Notes under the pieces: model-generated
Database searches by the model: none
What the model was told of the DNA's origin: nothing
The model's input: only the letters and a program-made list of their open reading frames with translations
Assembly (NCBI GenBank): GCA_964252035.1
Contig: OZ176206.1
Strand: one strand, 5' to 3'
Length of the DNA stretch: 64,000 bases
Source: Podarcis erhardii
Lineage: Eukaryota
Translations under genes and position numbers: made by a program
In this document: positions 25,255-36,379 of the stretch, one piece after another
How positions within the stretch are numbered: the first letter of the stretch is position 1
Layout of the letters: each line of letters opens with the position of its first letter

Positions 25255-25585
25255 GGGTGGCGCTGTGGGTTAAACCACTGAGCCTAGGACTTGCCGATCA
25301 GAAGGTCAGCTGTTCGAATCCCCGTGATGGGGTGAGCTCCCGTTGCTTGGCCCCTGCTCCTGCCAACCTAGCAGTTCGAAAGCACGTCAAAGTGCAAGTA
25401 GATAAATAGGTACCACTCCAGCGGGAAGGTAAAGGGTGTTTCCGTGTGCTGCTCTGGTTCGCCATGCTGGCCACATGACCCGGAAGCTGTACACCGGCTC
25501 CCTCGGCCAATAAAGCAAGTTGAGCACCGCAACCCTAAAGTCGGTCACGACTGGACCTAATGGTCAGGGGTCCCTTTAGCTTTAC
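25255..25585 (+). mobile_element. Sauria-type SINE with TSD
   Basis: 11-bp TSD ctaacttgcac (25244-25254 / 25586-25596). Confidence 0.9.
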
Positions 25586-25619
25586 CTAACTTGCACTTTT
25601 GGACAAAAACACAGATCTC

Positions 25620-26135
25620 CTTTCAAATTCCCACTTCTCTGAATTTCACAATGCAGTTCTCCAGCCAAGAAGCGAGTACAGAAATATGGGAACTAGGGGA
25701 AAGTGAGCATTAAAACATACCCTCCAAGATGCCGCACAGGAAAATCGGGATGTGTGTCTTTTGGGGGCCACGCTCTCATGGAAGCCAAAATGGGGCATCC
25801 CAGGATGGCTTCTGTAATTCCGATATGTCCTGCTTAGTAGGATGGTTGAGGGGTATGTTAAAAATGCATATATTAAGTGAGATTAACATACAAAAATGCA
25901 TTATATTTGGGAGAATGGCCTTGCAAAAAATGTGTATAGTATGCAGAATTGCTTACAGGCAGGTGTAGCATTAGAAGAAAGAAATGCACACTAAAAAGCT
26001 GATGAATTTTCAGGATTTTTTTTTTAAAAATAAAATAAAATTGCACACTGGTGTGGAAATGTGGAGAACTAAACAAAGGCTGGACAAAACTAGAAATGGA
26101 AAGAAAATGAAACGGGCCCATTCCTAGTTCTGGCT
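25620..26135. repeat. Old AT-rich interspersed repeat of unclear class
   Basis: Degenerate motifs (aatgcagttctccagcc, atgcacatt/atatgcat, aaattgcac) recur at about 17240-17470, 32340-32570 and 53500-53700; family not identified. Confidence 0.45.
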
Positions 26136-26193
26136 GAATCCCACACACTGGTCTTGACCTTCAAAGGCCGCCTTTGCCGCCCTCTCTGCTTAC

Positions 26194-26323
26194 CTGCTTT
26201 GTACTCTGCAGGTCACAATTTGCACACTGGACCTCCTCCTCACAATCGCCAGAGCTGTCCACCAGGAACTTCAGCAGCCGGTCTTCTGGAGGGAGGCCAT
26301 TCCCCCTGACAATGGACTGGTGG
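26194..26323 (-). CDS. RNF207: RNF207 coding exon 2
   Basis: ctgcag|CCACCAG...AAGCAG|gtaagc; 130 nt; HQSIVRGNGLPPEDRLLKFLVDSSGDCEEEVQCANCDLQSTKQ. Confidence 0.95.
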
Positions 26324-27973
26324 CTGCAGAAGGAAGACACAGGGAGAAAGAGGAAGCCCTGGGAAGGACGATGTCAAAATAACATAGGAAGACTCATGCA
26401 AGGATGTTGAGATACAGTGTGGTCTGGGCACTTTCTGCAACGCAGAATCACAGAACTGTAAAGTTGCAAGGGATTCCAAGGGTCATCTATTCCAACCCAC
26501 CGCAACGCAGGAATCACAGCTAAAAAGGTTAATGACAGAATAATGCTGCATTTGTGGTGGATTTATTCTGCTCTGCGGTGTTTCCCAGTGCTACCACATT
26601 ACTGCCACCCAGAGGGAGGCAAAGAAGCAAAACCCCAGAATATTTGTTGTATTTAACATTATAGGACTTTAGCAGGAAGTTATGGGTTATGCACTGATTG
26701 GAAATGAAGCAGTGTGACTGTCCCAAAAATATATGCAGGTGTTGATCACGTAGGACTGTTCCAAAAGCATCCTGAGAGTAACTTGTCACAAATGCACAAG
26801 AGGAAGGGACCTTTGGATGAGCCCTCAGAGCTAAGTGGGTGGAAATAATCCCCATGGAACACAATGAAACTTTCTTCTCAGCAAACAGGTATAAGATCGA
26901 TTTCCTTATGGACAGGAAAACCAGGTGTGTAAATGAACAAGCTTTAACTATTTTTATTTTTATTTTATTTTATTTCATAACATGTAGACATGGCTTGATT
27001 GTTTAAAAACCCCTTGGAGTGTTTTACAAAAAGATAATGGGTGGGGTGCATTTGTCTCCCCCACCTGCTGCTGCACGCCTTTGCCTGATTTGGCCAAGGC
27101 GCGCTTTCTCTCTCTCTCTTTCCCCCCTTCCTGCTGCCAAACTGCATTCCACGGGAGCTAAAAGGGGAGACATTCAGCTCAGCAGCTGTTCACACCTGAA
27201 GCTCATTGTGTGATGGGAGGCTTCATGTTTCAGAGGCTAGAGAAGTGCGGATTTGCACCCTGGTTTCCAGTGGGGGGGGGGGAGGCAGGGGGAAAACAGA
27301 CAAACTGACACTGCTCACCCCGAAAGCGGGGAAATGGGGCTCTTCTTAATGTTGAAGAGGACCCTAATAACCCCCTCCTATTTCCCAGTTTCTGTCCCTA
27401 GCGGTTAATCACAAAGCCTTGGATTCCTTTGGCAGCTACGGTCAAACCTGATATGGGTGTCTTACAACTGAAGACAAAGGCCAGGCATTAGCCTGGTCAC
27501 GGCTTCCCTTTTTAGGAAGTCAATGCCTCATTCCTCTTCCGCTAATTCCCAAACTCTATTCCTGGCTCACACTAGTGAGAGATTTACTAGGGCCCCTCCA
27601 CAAGATATGTTTATTCAGCCAGTGTTCTGGTTTGCTTGTGCAAAGTTGGCACGGAGGTTGGATGATGTTTATTGAACACCCGTTCTGATTTATTTGCTTG
27701 GAGATGACACAGGGAACATTTGTCCGGTGTGCATTTTCTAGTGGCGTATTCATACATTTCCCCCCGTTGATCATTTGTTCATCCCACACTTTCCAGTGCA
27801 TCTCCTGCTGCTTTCCAAATCACAAGAAAGTTTGATGCTTTTTTAAAGGGTGATTTGTTGCCCCAGGGTTACAAAACCCTAAAGTTCTAGCACAATACTG
27901 CAAATTTGTACGCGTCTCGGTTTTGCCTTTGTAGAACTCAACAGAGAAGAGGATAGGGAAAAAAGGTACATAC

Positions 27974-28233
27974 TAGGGGTCAGCAACCTTTTTCAGCCAT
28001 GGGCTGGTCCACTGTCCCGTCCCTCAGACCATGTGGGGGGCAGGACTATATTTGGGGGGGGGGAATGAACAAATTTCTATGCCCCACAAATAACCCAGAG
28101 ATGCATTTTAAATAAAAGCACACATTCTACTCATGTAATGTAAAAACACGCTGATTCCTGGACCGTCCGCGGACCGGATTGAGAAGGCGATTGGGCCACA
28201 TCTGGCCCATGGGCCTTAGGTTGCCTACCCCTG
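27974..28233. mobile_element. hAT non-autonomous element
   Basis: Ends TAGGGGTCAGCAAC...GTTGCCTACCCCTG; perfect 8-bp TSD gtacatac. Confidence 0.9.
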
Positions 28234-29038
28234 GTACATACAATGAACTAGCTCTACCTGTCACTGGGCTCAACTTCTTCCTGTCTTTGGTTATTGCGCC
28301 ACCTACTGTTGGACTCCTTGCTTTCTGCCCTACCAGTCCCAGTGAGCATTCAGCATGAGAGTACCAATGTCACTACATAACATAATACTGTACTATGCAA
28401 CATAAACATCAAGGCAATTGCAGAAATACAATTGCAATAATAAGAAATGTGTAATAAAACAGATTTTCACAGCAGCATAAAACGAGAGACTTAGCAGCAG
28501 GTTTCTAAAATACAGACAACGCAGAGCAGTAGATGCAATGGGTGGCTTGCTCACTGGGTCTCTCCTTGGCAAGCAAGGAGGAGGAGAGCAGCTGGTGATG
28601 ATAGGGGTGAGGAGGAGGCAGACACACAAATGGAGGGGGTGCTCTAGAGGGGTCTTCCCAGGGGCCCTACAAAACCTGCAGGCTCTGCCCATCTTGCATG
28701 TCTTTCCCAAATATGCCCATATCCTGCTGCTTGGATGGATATCTGTAGTATCTGGATGGAAACTGGTTGTAAGGAGGCAAGGTCAGAGCAATGACTCATG
28801 CAGAGATGCAGTGGGCAGCCTCCTCTGTGGATAGAACCTTTGGGCTCACAGCACACCAACCTTTACTTATTTAATGCATTTCTCAAATTACTGTACAAGC
28901 ATTTCTTGCAGCACCCAAAGGGCTCCAAAATGGCACCAGGCTAGTGCAGAAGTACAATAACCTATCGGTAAAAAGGGCTGCTTATCCCATCACCCAAATA
29001 TCTCTGGACCGTAGGGGAGCAAGATGGTTCTTCCTTAC

Positions 29039-29229
29039 CCACAAAGAGGACACGTCAGGCGGCTCTCGATGGCGCGGCCCCGCAGGCAGCTGGCGCAGAA
29101 GTTGTGGTAGCAGTCGAGGAGGCAGGGGTGTTCGTACTGCTCGTGGCAGAGGAAGCAGACCAGCGGGTGGCAGTTGGCGTTGTCCAGGTCGCAGAGGTTC
29201 TCCAAGGGGGAGAAAATCCCACCAGACAT
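29039..29229 (-). CDS. RNF207: RNF207 first coding exon (RING finger)
   Basis: ATG at 29229; MSGGIFSPLENLCDLDNANCHPLVCFLCHEQYEHPCLLDCYHNFCASCLRGRAIESRLTCPLCG (C3HC4 RING); donor gtaagg; 191 nt. The 17 exons join to 1989 nt (662 aa plus stop) without frameshift. Confidence 0.97.
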
Positions 29230-31975
29230 CTGGAAGGGTAGTGGCGAGCGAGGAGAAGGTTACTGGAGAGGCTAGAGGGGTGACTGGCCACAGAACAAGA
29301 AGCAGCCCTTTTGAATTGCACAGGCAAAGAGTCCTGTGGAAGCAGAAAGGCAAAGAGCTCTGTGTGAGCTCAAAGCCTGCACATCCCTTTTGCGAATTAA
29401 ACAGTGGCCTGTCAAGGTTATTACAGAATCTCCCAAACATCTGAATGAATTTAGTCTAACCCCCTGCAATGCAGGAATCACAGCTAAAGAAACCCTGGCA
29501 GATGGCCACACACCTCTGCTTAAAAATTTCCAGTGGAGGGGAGTCCACTGCCTTCTGAAGTAGTCTGTTTCACTGTTGAACAGCTATTACCACCAGAAAA
29601 TCCTTCCTAATGTTTACCTGGGATCTCCTTTCTTGTAAGTTGAATCCATTGGTCTGGGTCCTACCCCCTGGAGCAATTGATAGTCAAGGTGAGTTTTATT
29701 TCTGAATGGGAGGCCCACTCATAAACCTCTCTGCTTTTAGGGTGTGTGAGTTTAACAATTGCATGCCCTCAGAGGAGACCATCCTTAGTGTTTGTGCCGG
29801 AGTCATTGATTTGGGTATGCACCCAGGTTCAAAAGAAGCAATCCCAGAGCAGTGGCTCATGCAGAGATACAGCAGGCAGCATCCTGTGCTGCTAGGGTGC
29901 TTTGGGCTCAGAGGTGCTTTTAACAATTTCATTTTTTTCTCACAGCACATTATGTGTTCTCTTGCAGCACACCACAGTGTATCGACACTGAACTATTAAA
30001 GTATTGTATTCTCTAAGACCAGTAGGGACTGTGTGTATTTATAGCAAGTTACACACACATTTATAAGGATCACAAGTGTGTGTAAAGGCTTTCTATTGCT
30101 TGCTTCTGGCTAGAGGAAATGAGGTAGCAATTGAGACATATTTCCACTCTAGTAATCAAAGAGTGATTTGAAAGAAAAAACTATTTATGCACATTGCTAT
30201 CCCGCAGCAAACAGAATCCAAAGTCCTTCCAGCTTCCCCATTTTTGATCGCTGAAAACTTTAAAAGGTTGGGGAACCAGAAATCATATTTTAATTTCTGA
30301 AGAAAATATACTGAAAGGTGTTTGGGGTTTTGGTATACCGTACTTTGGCAAGTTCATCTTTAGGTTGCAACGGTTTCATTGGCTCTACAGTGACCTCTGC
30401 TGGTAGAACCCAGAAATACAGTGGAATTGATACCAGCATGCCTGGTTGAAGAAGTCATATTCACACACCTCAAGATTTTCTCCTCCACAGGGACAGAGAA
30501 CAAAAGTGTGCAAACAATGTGTGAAATTTTTGCAAGTCCAGTTGCAAGTACACGTTTGGGGAGCCATGATGTGCTGTGGCTTCCATGTATAAATAGAGGC
30601 AATATTGACACTTGTGTGCAGTTTTCACACATTACAGTACATACGTGTTCATCCCCCCCCCCCCCGCCGCCACCCATGTGAGGAAAACACAACCATGATC
30701 TGCTTTGTCTTAAGCTTTACAATTAATATGGATTAATGGGCTGCGAAGACCAGTGAAGGATGAACGGACAGCGAAAGGGTAATATTTCAAGAGTGGATGC
30801 TAATCCCTTCATTTCATTCTGAAACAGCTGTTTTGGGGGAAAGTCTTGAGGGCTTTGTGGATAGTGATTCATCATGTTCTGGATGCATGCTATTAAGCAA
30901 ATTGAAAATACCAGAGCTCTTCCTTTCCTACTAGGTCAGTTGTTCCCCAACTGCGTGGCAGAATGGCAACTTCACACTGAGGAATAAATAGATCTAAGGG
31001 AAACCCTATCAGCCATTGAGCCTGTATGAGTCCTTCCTACCTAGAATTTTTGTAAGTTTGGAGAATTCCATCCAGGAATTTAGCCATGCACCAAAATTAA
31101 TGGACACAAATTATTCTGAGGAGGACTAACATTGGCGACGGCCCTATGAATTTAGGCCTGCATCAGTTGAGTGGGTGTCATAATTACAATTATAAATGAT
31201 CTCACCTCTGCCATGCTGTTCTTTTGAGTGGAGAGCAGAAATGTCTTACCTTTTCTGGATTTCCTTCGGTCTTCTCCACTTTGCCCACTTCTGCAGTGAT
31301 CGATTTGCTGCCTCCACCTCCCCACTTGTTTCAGTTCAAAATTGCTGTAGCTTTCAGCCAACCAGTGCATAAGACAAACTACCACCTGTTTAGAATTGTA
31401 GTAACTTGAAAAACGTGCCCTCCTGGACAATAATTTCTGCTGGGACAATGGCAAAATAGTCCTCCTTCTGAAAGACAGTAGGGAAATTTCAGGTGTGCAC
31501 CCATGGCATTAGAACAAATACAGACTTCATAAATTCTTCTGCAGAAGCTCAGTAAGTATGGGTACTTTGGAGAAGACGCCGTGTCAAATTTGAAGAAGCA
31601 AAAAGTTCATCGGCTCTTGTATCTCATTTCCCGGGAAGTGCTAGAAAACCGTCTGCTCCCCCAGCTCCCTTGGGATTGTTGCTCTGGGAAAGCAGGATAA
31701 CTAAGAGGCAAGCGCAAATGTCTATCGACTGACGGTCTGCTTCCCTTCTCCAGCACGTCAAAATCTTTTCTCTCTCATTCGCCGCCGCTGTCAAGGTTCA
31801 TTCAAGGTCAGATCAAGTGCCCATGTGATGGAAACAAAGCAAACTCCCTCCGTGTTTCAGAGGCCACGAGGATTAGCAAGTTGAATGGCCATTTCAAAGG
31901 AGTGAGACAGGTAGACACTATGCACAGTCACTGGTTATGGGTAGATCAGCCTTCTCCAAGCAGGTGCCCTCCAGA

Positions 31976-32140
31976 CATAGCTGTCAACTTTCAGATTTGA
32001 AAATAAGGGATCAGCAGCCTCACCTGTCCCGGGGACAGTCTACGGGATATCTAACAATCCAGGATAGCAGCGGGAAGCAGCGGGAAACGGCGCTGGAATA
32101 AGGGAATTTTCTACAAAAAAAGGCAAGGTTGACAGCTATG
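31976..32140. mobile_element. hAT-type MITE nested in an older palindromic MITE
   Basis: TIR CATAGCTGTCAAC / GTTGACAGCTATG; perfect 8-bp TSD cctccaga. Confidence 0.9.
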
Positions 32141-32244
32141 CCTCCAGATGCTGAACTACAACTCCCATCAGTGCCACTGGTGCTGTTGGGAATTGTAGTT
32201 CAACGTCTGGAAGGCACCAGGTTGGCAAAGGCTTACAATAGATG

Positions 32245-32906
32245 TTTCTTTATTCCAGTCTTCAGTCCATGACATCTACACATATCCATTGGCAATATTT
32301 CCACATGAATTTCCAACCCACCCAGCCCCACAAGTCCTTGGGAAAACCTGTCAACATTGGTTTCTCCCGATTTACACAATTTTTGTATCAATTTCTGCTG
32401 AATACGCACACTTTTCTTGCAAACAATTTTACCAATATAAGCAATTTTAAAGGTGTGCTTGCCACGACCCCCTAATATAAGCATCTTTGTACACATTTTT
32501 GAGAGCTGGAGAAGCACATTGCAAAATTTGGAAAAGTGTTAAATTCCAAGGAGAGCTGCGTTTCAGTTCGTGGATTTCTTTATTCCAGTCTTCAGTCCAT
32601 GACATCTACACATATCCATTGGCAATATTTCCACATGAATTTCCAACCCACCCAGCCCCGCAAGTCCTTGGGAAAACCTGTCAGCATTGGTTTCTCCCGA
32701 TTTACACAATTTTTGTATCAATTTCTGCTGAATACGCACACTTTTCTTGCAAACAATTTGACCAATATAAGCAATTTTAAAGGTGTGCTTACCACGACCC
32801 CCTAATATAAGCATCTTTGTACACATTTTTGAGAGCTGGAGAAGCACATTGCAAAATTTGGAAAAGTGTTAAATTCCAAGGAGAGCTGCGTTTCAGTTCG
32901 TGGATT
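32245..32906. repeat. Tandem duplication, 330-bp unit x2
   Basis: Units start at 32245 and 32575; about 4 substitutions seen by eye; the ORF track shows near-identical ORFs offset by 330. Confidence 0.92.
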
Positions 32907-33019
32907 GTCTGAAGAAGTTAGGTAAATCTCCCCCATTTCAATCACCGGATCTGATTTTCTCCTAGCGAGTTCTGCCTACCTAGACAGCCATTTATGTATT
33001 TACAGTAAACAGTTTTGAA

Positions 33020-33546
33020 CAGGGGTCAGCAAACCTTTTCAGCACAGGGCTGGTCCACTATCCCTCAGATGTTATGGGGAGCCGGACTATATTTTTTTGT
33101 GGGGAGGGGGAAAGGAACAAATTCCTATGCCCCACATACACTGACGGAGGAAGAGGAGTGCGGGGGCAGCGTACCGCCCCCCATAGTGCGATCCCAGTGG
33201 GGTGCCATTGCTGTCCCCCCCCCTGTACTAGGCGCCACACCCCCGCAGGTGACGCGCCACACCCCCAGGACACGCCCCTGCCTGCTCTCTGCCCCTCCCC
33301 CGGTGCCGGAGCATGAAGCTCTGCCACTACCCACAAATAATCCAGAGATGCATTTTAAATAAAAGCACACATTCTGCTCATGTAAAAACACCAGGCAGGC
33401 CCCACAAATAACCCAGAGGTGCGTTTTAAATAAAAGGACATATTCTACTCATGTGAAAACATGCTGATTTCCGGACCATCCACGGGCAGGATTTAGAAGG
33501 CGATTGGGCCGGATCCAGCCCCCAGGACTTAGTTTGCCTACCCATG
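33020..33546. mobile_element. hAT non-autonomous element (long variant)
   Basis: Ends CAGGGGTCAGCAAAC...GTTTGCCTACCCATG; perfect 8-bp TSD gttttgaa; related to the 27974 copy but with extra internal sequence. Confidence 0.9.
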
Positions 33547-33705
33547 GTTTTGAATGTGGGAGGAATATATATCTGTTAATATACAGGGAACATCAGTGCA
33601 TATGCATGACCGGCTCTCATAAAGAAACAGAGAGGCAGCTCTATGTTATTTGGAGCATTTTCAAATTTTTTATTACATTAACATTCTATTTTACTTATTT
33701 GAAAA

Positions 33706-33748
33706 TTTTATTTATTTATTTATTTATTTATTTATTTTATTTTATTTA
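33706..33748. repeat. (TTTA)n simple repeat
   Basis: Run of ttta/tttta units about 500 bp upstream of the RPL22 start codon. Confidence 0.85.
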
Positions 33749-33979
33749 ATTTAATGAATAACGAGACCAATAAAGTTCCTTTCCTTTCCTTCCTTCTTTG
33801 AATTAGTGGAATACTTCGTTAGTCTCTCTATGCATTTCATACGGTATTTATTTGTGACATTTCCCCGTCTACCTGGTCTCAATCCCCTCCGGTAGCTCCG
33901 GTAAGCCCCTGGAACTACAACTCCCATCAGCCCCCGGGAAGGGAGGAGGAGCAGGATGGGAAGTGGGCCAAAGGTATTG

Positions 33980-34450
33980 CTCAATCCCTCCCCGCCATGC
34001 TTCTCTTTACGGCACACCTCCCAGCATGCTCCGCGAGCAGCGGCCTTAAGAGGACGGGACGCCGAAGGCGATCCCCACCCTACCCGCTCGTCTCTATGGT
34101 TATATCCTCCTTTCTCTCCTTCCCCCGCCCCTCCTATGCGGCGAGTGCGCAAGCGCACGCCGCCTGACGCAAGGGCGGAAGTGGGCGGGAGGGCGGAGCC
34201 GAAGTAGGCGCATGCGCGCGGCCGCCTTCTTTTTCTCTCTTTCCCCCTCGTTGCTGCCGCCATGGCGCCTGCGGTGAGTCTCCGGCCGAGTCGGGCCTAG
34301 AAAAGGAGGTCCAGGGTGGTGGGGTGAGGCTCGTGACGTATTAAGGAAGCGGAGGGGGGTTGTTGGCGGTGACGTCATAAGGAGCAGGGAGGGGAGGGAG
34401 TCTACCTGGCCGGGGGGGGGTTCCCCCTGCCCCTTCCTCCCTGCAAGGTA
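33980..34450 (+). promoter_or_regulatory. RPL22: RPL22 CpG-island promoter with 5'TOP tract
   Basis: CpG-dense; GC boxes (gggcgg), ETS/GABP-like gcggaagt, NRF1 palindrome GCGCATGCGC (34208-34217), pyrimidine tract ccttctttttctctctttccccctc (34225-34249) just before the ATG, full CRE TGACGTCA (34370-34377) in intron 1. Confidence 0.85.
34262..34273 (+). CDS. RPL22: RPL22 exon 1 (60S ribosomal protein eL22)
   Basis: gccgccATGGCGCCTGCG|gtgagt; MAPA; strong Kozak context. Confidence 0.92.
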
Positions 34451-34892
34451 GGCCTCAGCCTCTCCTCCCACCCCATGAAGCGCATTTCTGACTTCCCTGG
34501 ACCCGCACCCTTGTTACTTTCCGGGGTAGGCTCCCTATGTCCCCCCTGAGCATGTGCAGAGAGCAGTTGAGCTCTTGGATATGGCTCCAGAAGGACAGCG
34601 CAGGAAGCGAGGCCTACCCATAAGAACTGCTGGATCAGGCCAAAGGGGGCCCCATCCAGCCCAGCGTCCTGTTCTCACAGTGGCCAACTAGGTGCCCCAA
34701 AGTGAACCCCCCCCCAAGCAGCACGTGAGAGCAACAGCCTCCTCCCACTTCTACTCTCCAGCATTCTAAGGTAGAATGCACTGTCTATGGAGGCTCCATT
34801 GACAAATCTTACAAAACTGAGAAGAGCCCTGCAGCCCCTGGAACGGGCCAAAAGGGACCCACCTAGTCCAGCCCAGTTCTCACAGTGCGCAT

Positions 34893-35028
34893 CAGGCATA
34901 GGCAAACTCCGGCCCTCCAGATGTTTGGGACTACAATTCCCATCATCCCTAGCTAACAGGACCAGCAGTCAGGGATGATGGGAATTGTAGTCCCAAACAT
35001 CTGGAGGGCTGGAGTTTGCCTATGCCTG
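34893..35028. mobile_element. Young palindromic hAT-type MITE
   Basis: 58-bp arms (34893-34950 / 34971-35028) with 1 mismatch; degenerate TSD gtgcgcat/gtgcacac. Confidence 0.85.
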
Positions 35029-35861
35029 GTGCACACCCTCCTTCTCACAGCCCTGCTGCACCCTTTATATCAGAGAGCCCTTTTATCTCTCCGTTTATCT
35101 CAGAGGCTTCAACTGAGGTGTCTCAAGGGTTGCCTTTGGGACTCCCAACTCCCATTGCCCTTGCTGGCTGTGGCTGATGGGAGCTGGAGGCTGAACATCA
35201 CCTGAAGGACCATAGGTTTACTACAAACCATCAATAGTTTACTGCAGGTGTAGCCAACATGAGGCCTTCAGATGTTGCTGGACTATAGCACACACACAAA
35301 TTTATTGCGGTCCATAGATCCAAAATACGCAGTGTAGAGGCTGCTGATCAACTATAGCTTTCATCGTCCCTGACCATTGAGCATGCTAAGTGGAGCTGAA
35401 GGGAGTCCCAACAGTGTGTGTGGGGGGGGCCTTCCATTGATTTACAGATAAGCATTTGGGGGAGAGAATAGTCTCTCTAAAGGGTCGTGGCCTGCCACTT
35501 TATGTGCAGTCCACACCTCACCCAGTGTGATTGTCTGTGAAGCCAGGTCACGTTATATTTAGAACATGTGTTCAGACACACATGTTGTGCAGCTCTGATT
35601 GTTGGCAGTCCAGGATTCACCAGTGTCCGCTTTCCAACTTGTATGGGCCACCACTTTGTGGCTGTGTTGGGTATGAAATTGAAAAATCTGCCTGTGAGAT
35701 GGGGACCAACACCAACTTGCAGTGTCCCCAGTAACATTGGCCTATATCCAACACTCTGTAAAGTCACAGAATTCAGTGGGCTTAAGTTTGCCTGTGTTGG
35801 ATTTAGACCATTAATTCCCCCCACCCACCCCATATGACCAGGTGACACTTATTCACTCATA

Positions 35862-36094
35862 CAGTGGACACTTGGGTTGAGAACGTGATCCGTGTGGGAT
35901 GCACGTTGCAACCCGCAGCGGCGCATCTGCGCACGCGCAGGTTGTGATTCAGCACGCATGCGCAAAGTGCAGTTTAGCTTTCTGTGCATGCATGACTGCC
36001 GAAACCAGGAAGTAACCCGTTCCGGTACTTCTGGGTTTCGGCGATCCGTAATCCCAAAAAACGCAACCTGAAGCATCTGTAACCCAAGGTATGA
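35862..36094. mobile_element. Tc1/mariner (Tigger-like) MITE
   Basis: Begins ta|CAGTGGACACTTGGGTT and ends ...GTAACCCAAGGTATGA; related to the 42634 and 50926 elements. Confidence 0.7.
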
Positions 36095-36379
36095 TAATAT
36101 AAGAAAAAATGTGTAGAGTGGGCAGAATGCTGAACCTGCTGTATAATCCTAGCCACAATATTTAAGCTATAGCTTCGTCTTTTGTTCCAATTATTGGTTG
36201 CAATAAGAGCTATTTTAAACTCTCAGGTTGCTGTGTTTATTATTATTATTATTTCTTCTGTACTACTTTTCTATCGGAACAGTCAAAGCAGTCAGCAAGA
36301 AAACAAAAAAAACACACCATATCAAAATTTAAAGCTGAAACATAAATCTAATGAAACAATATGAAAAGATGGCATACCT

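Noticed and set aside
32233-32847. Pairs of near-identical 77-97 aa ORFs
   Set aside because: Simple consequence of the 330-bp tandem duplication of repeat-derived sequence; no splice or domain support.
33751-34471. Several overlapping ORFs on both strands
   Set aside because: Stop-poor CpG island of the RPL22 promoter; only the 12-nt exon 1 is supported.
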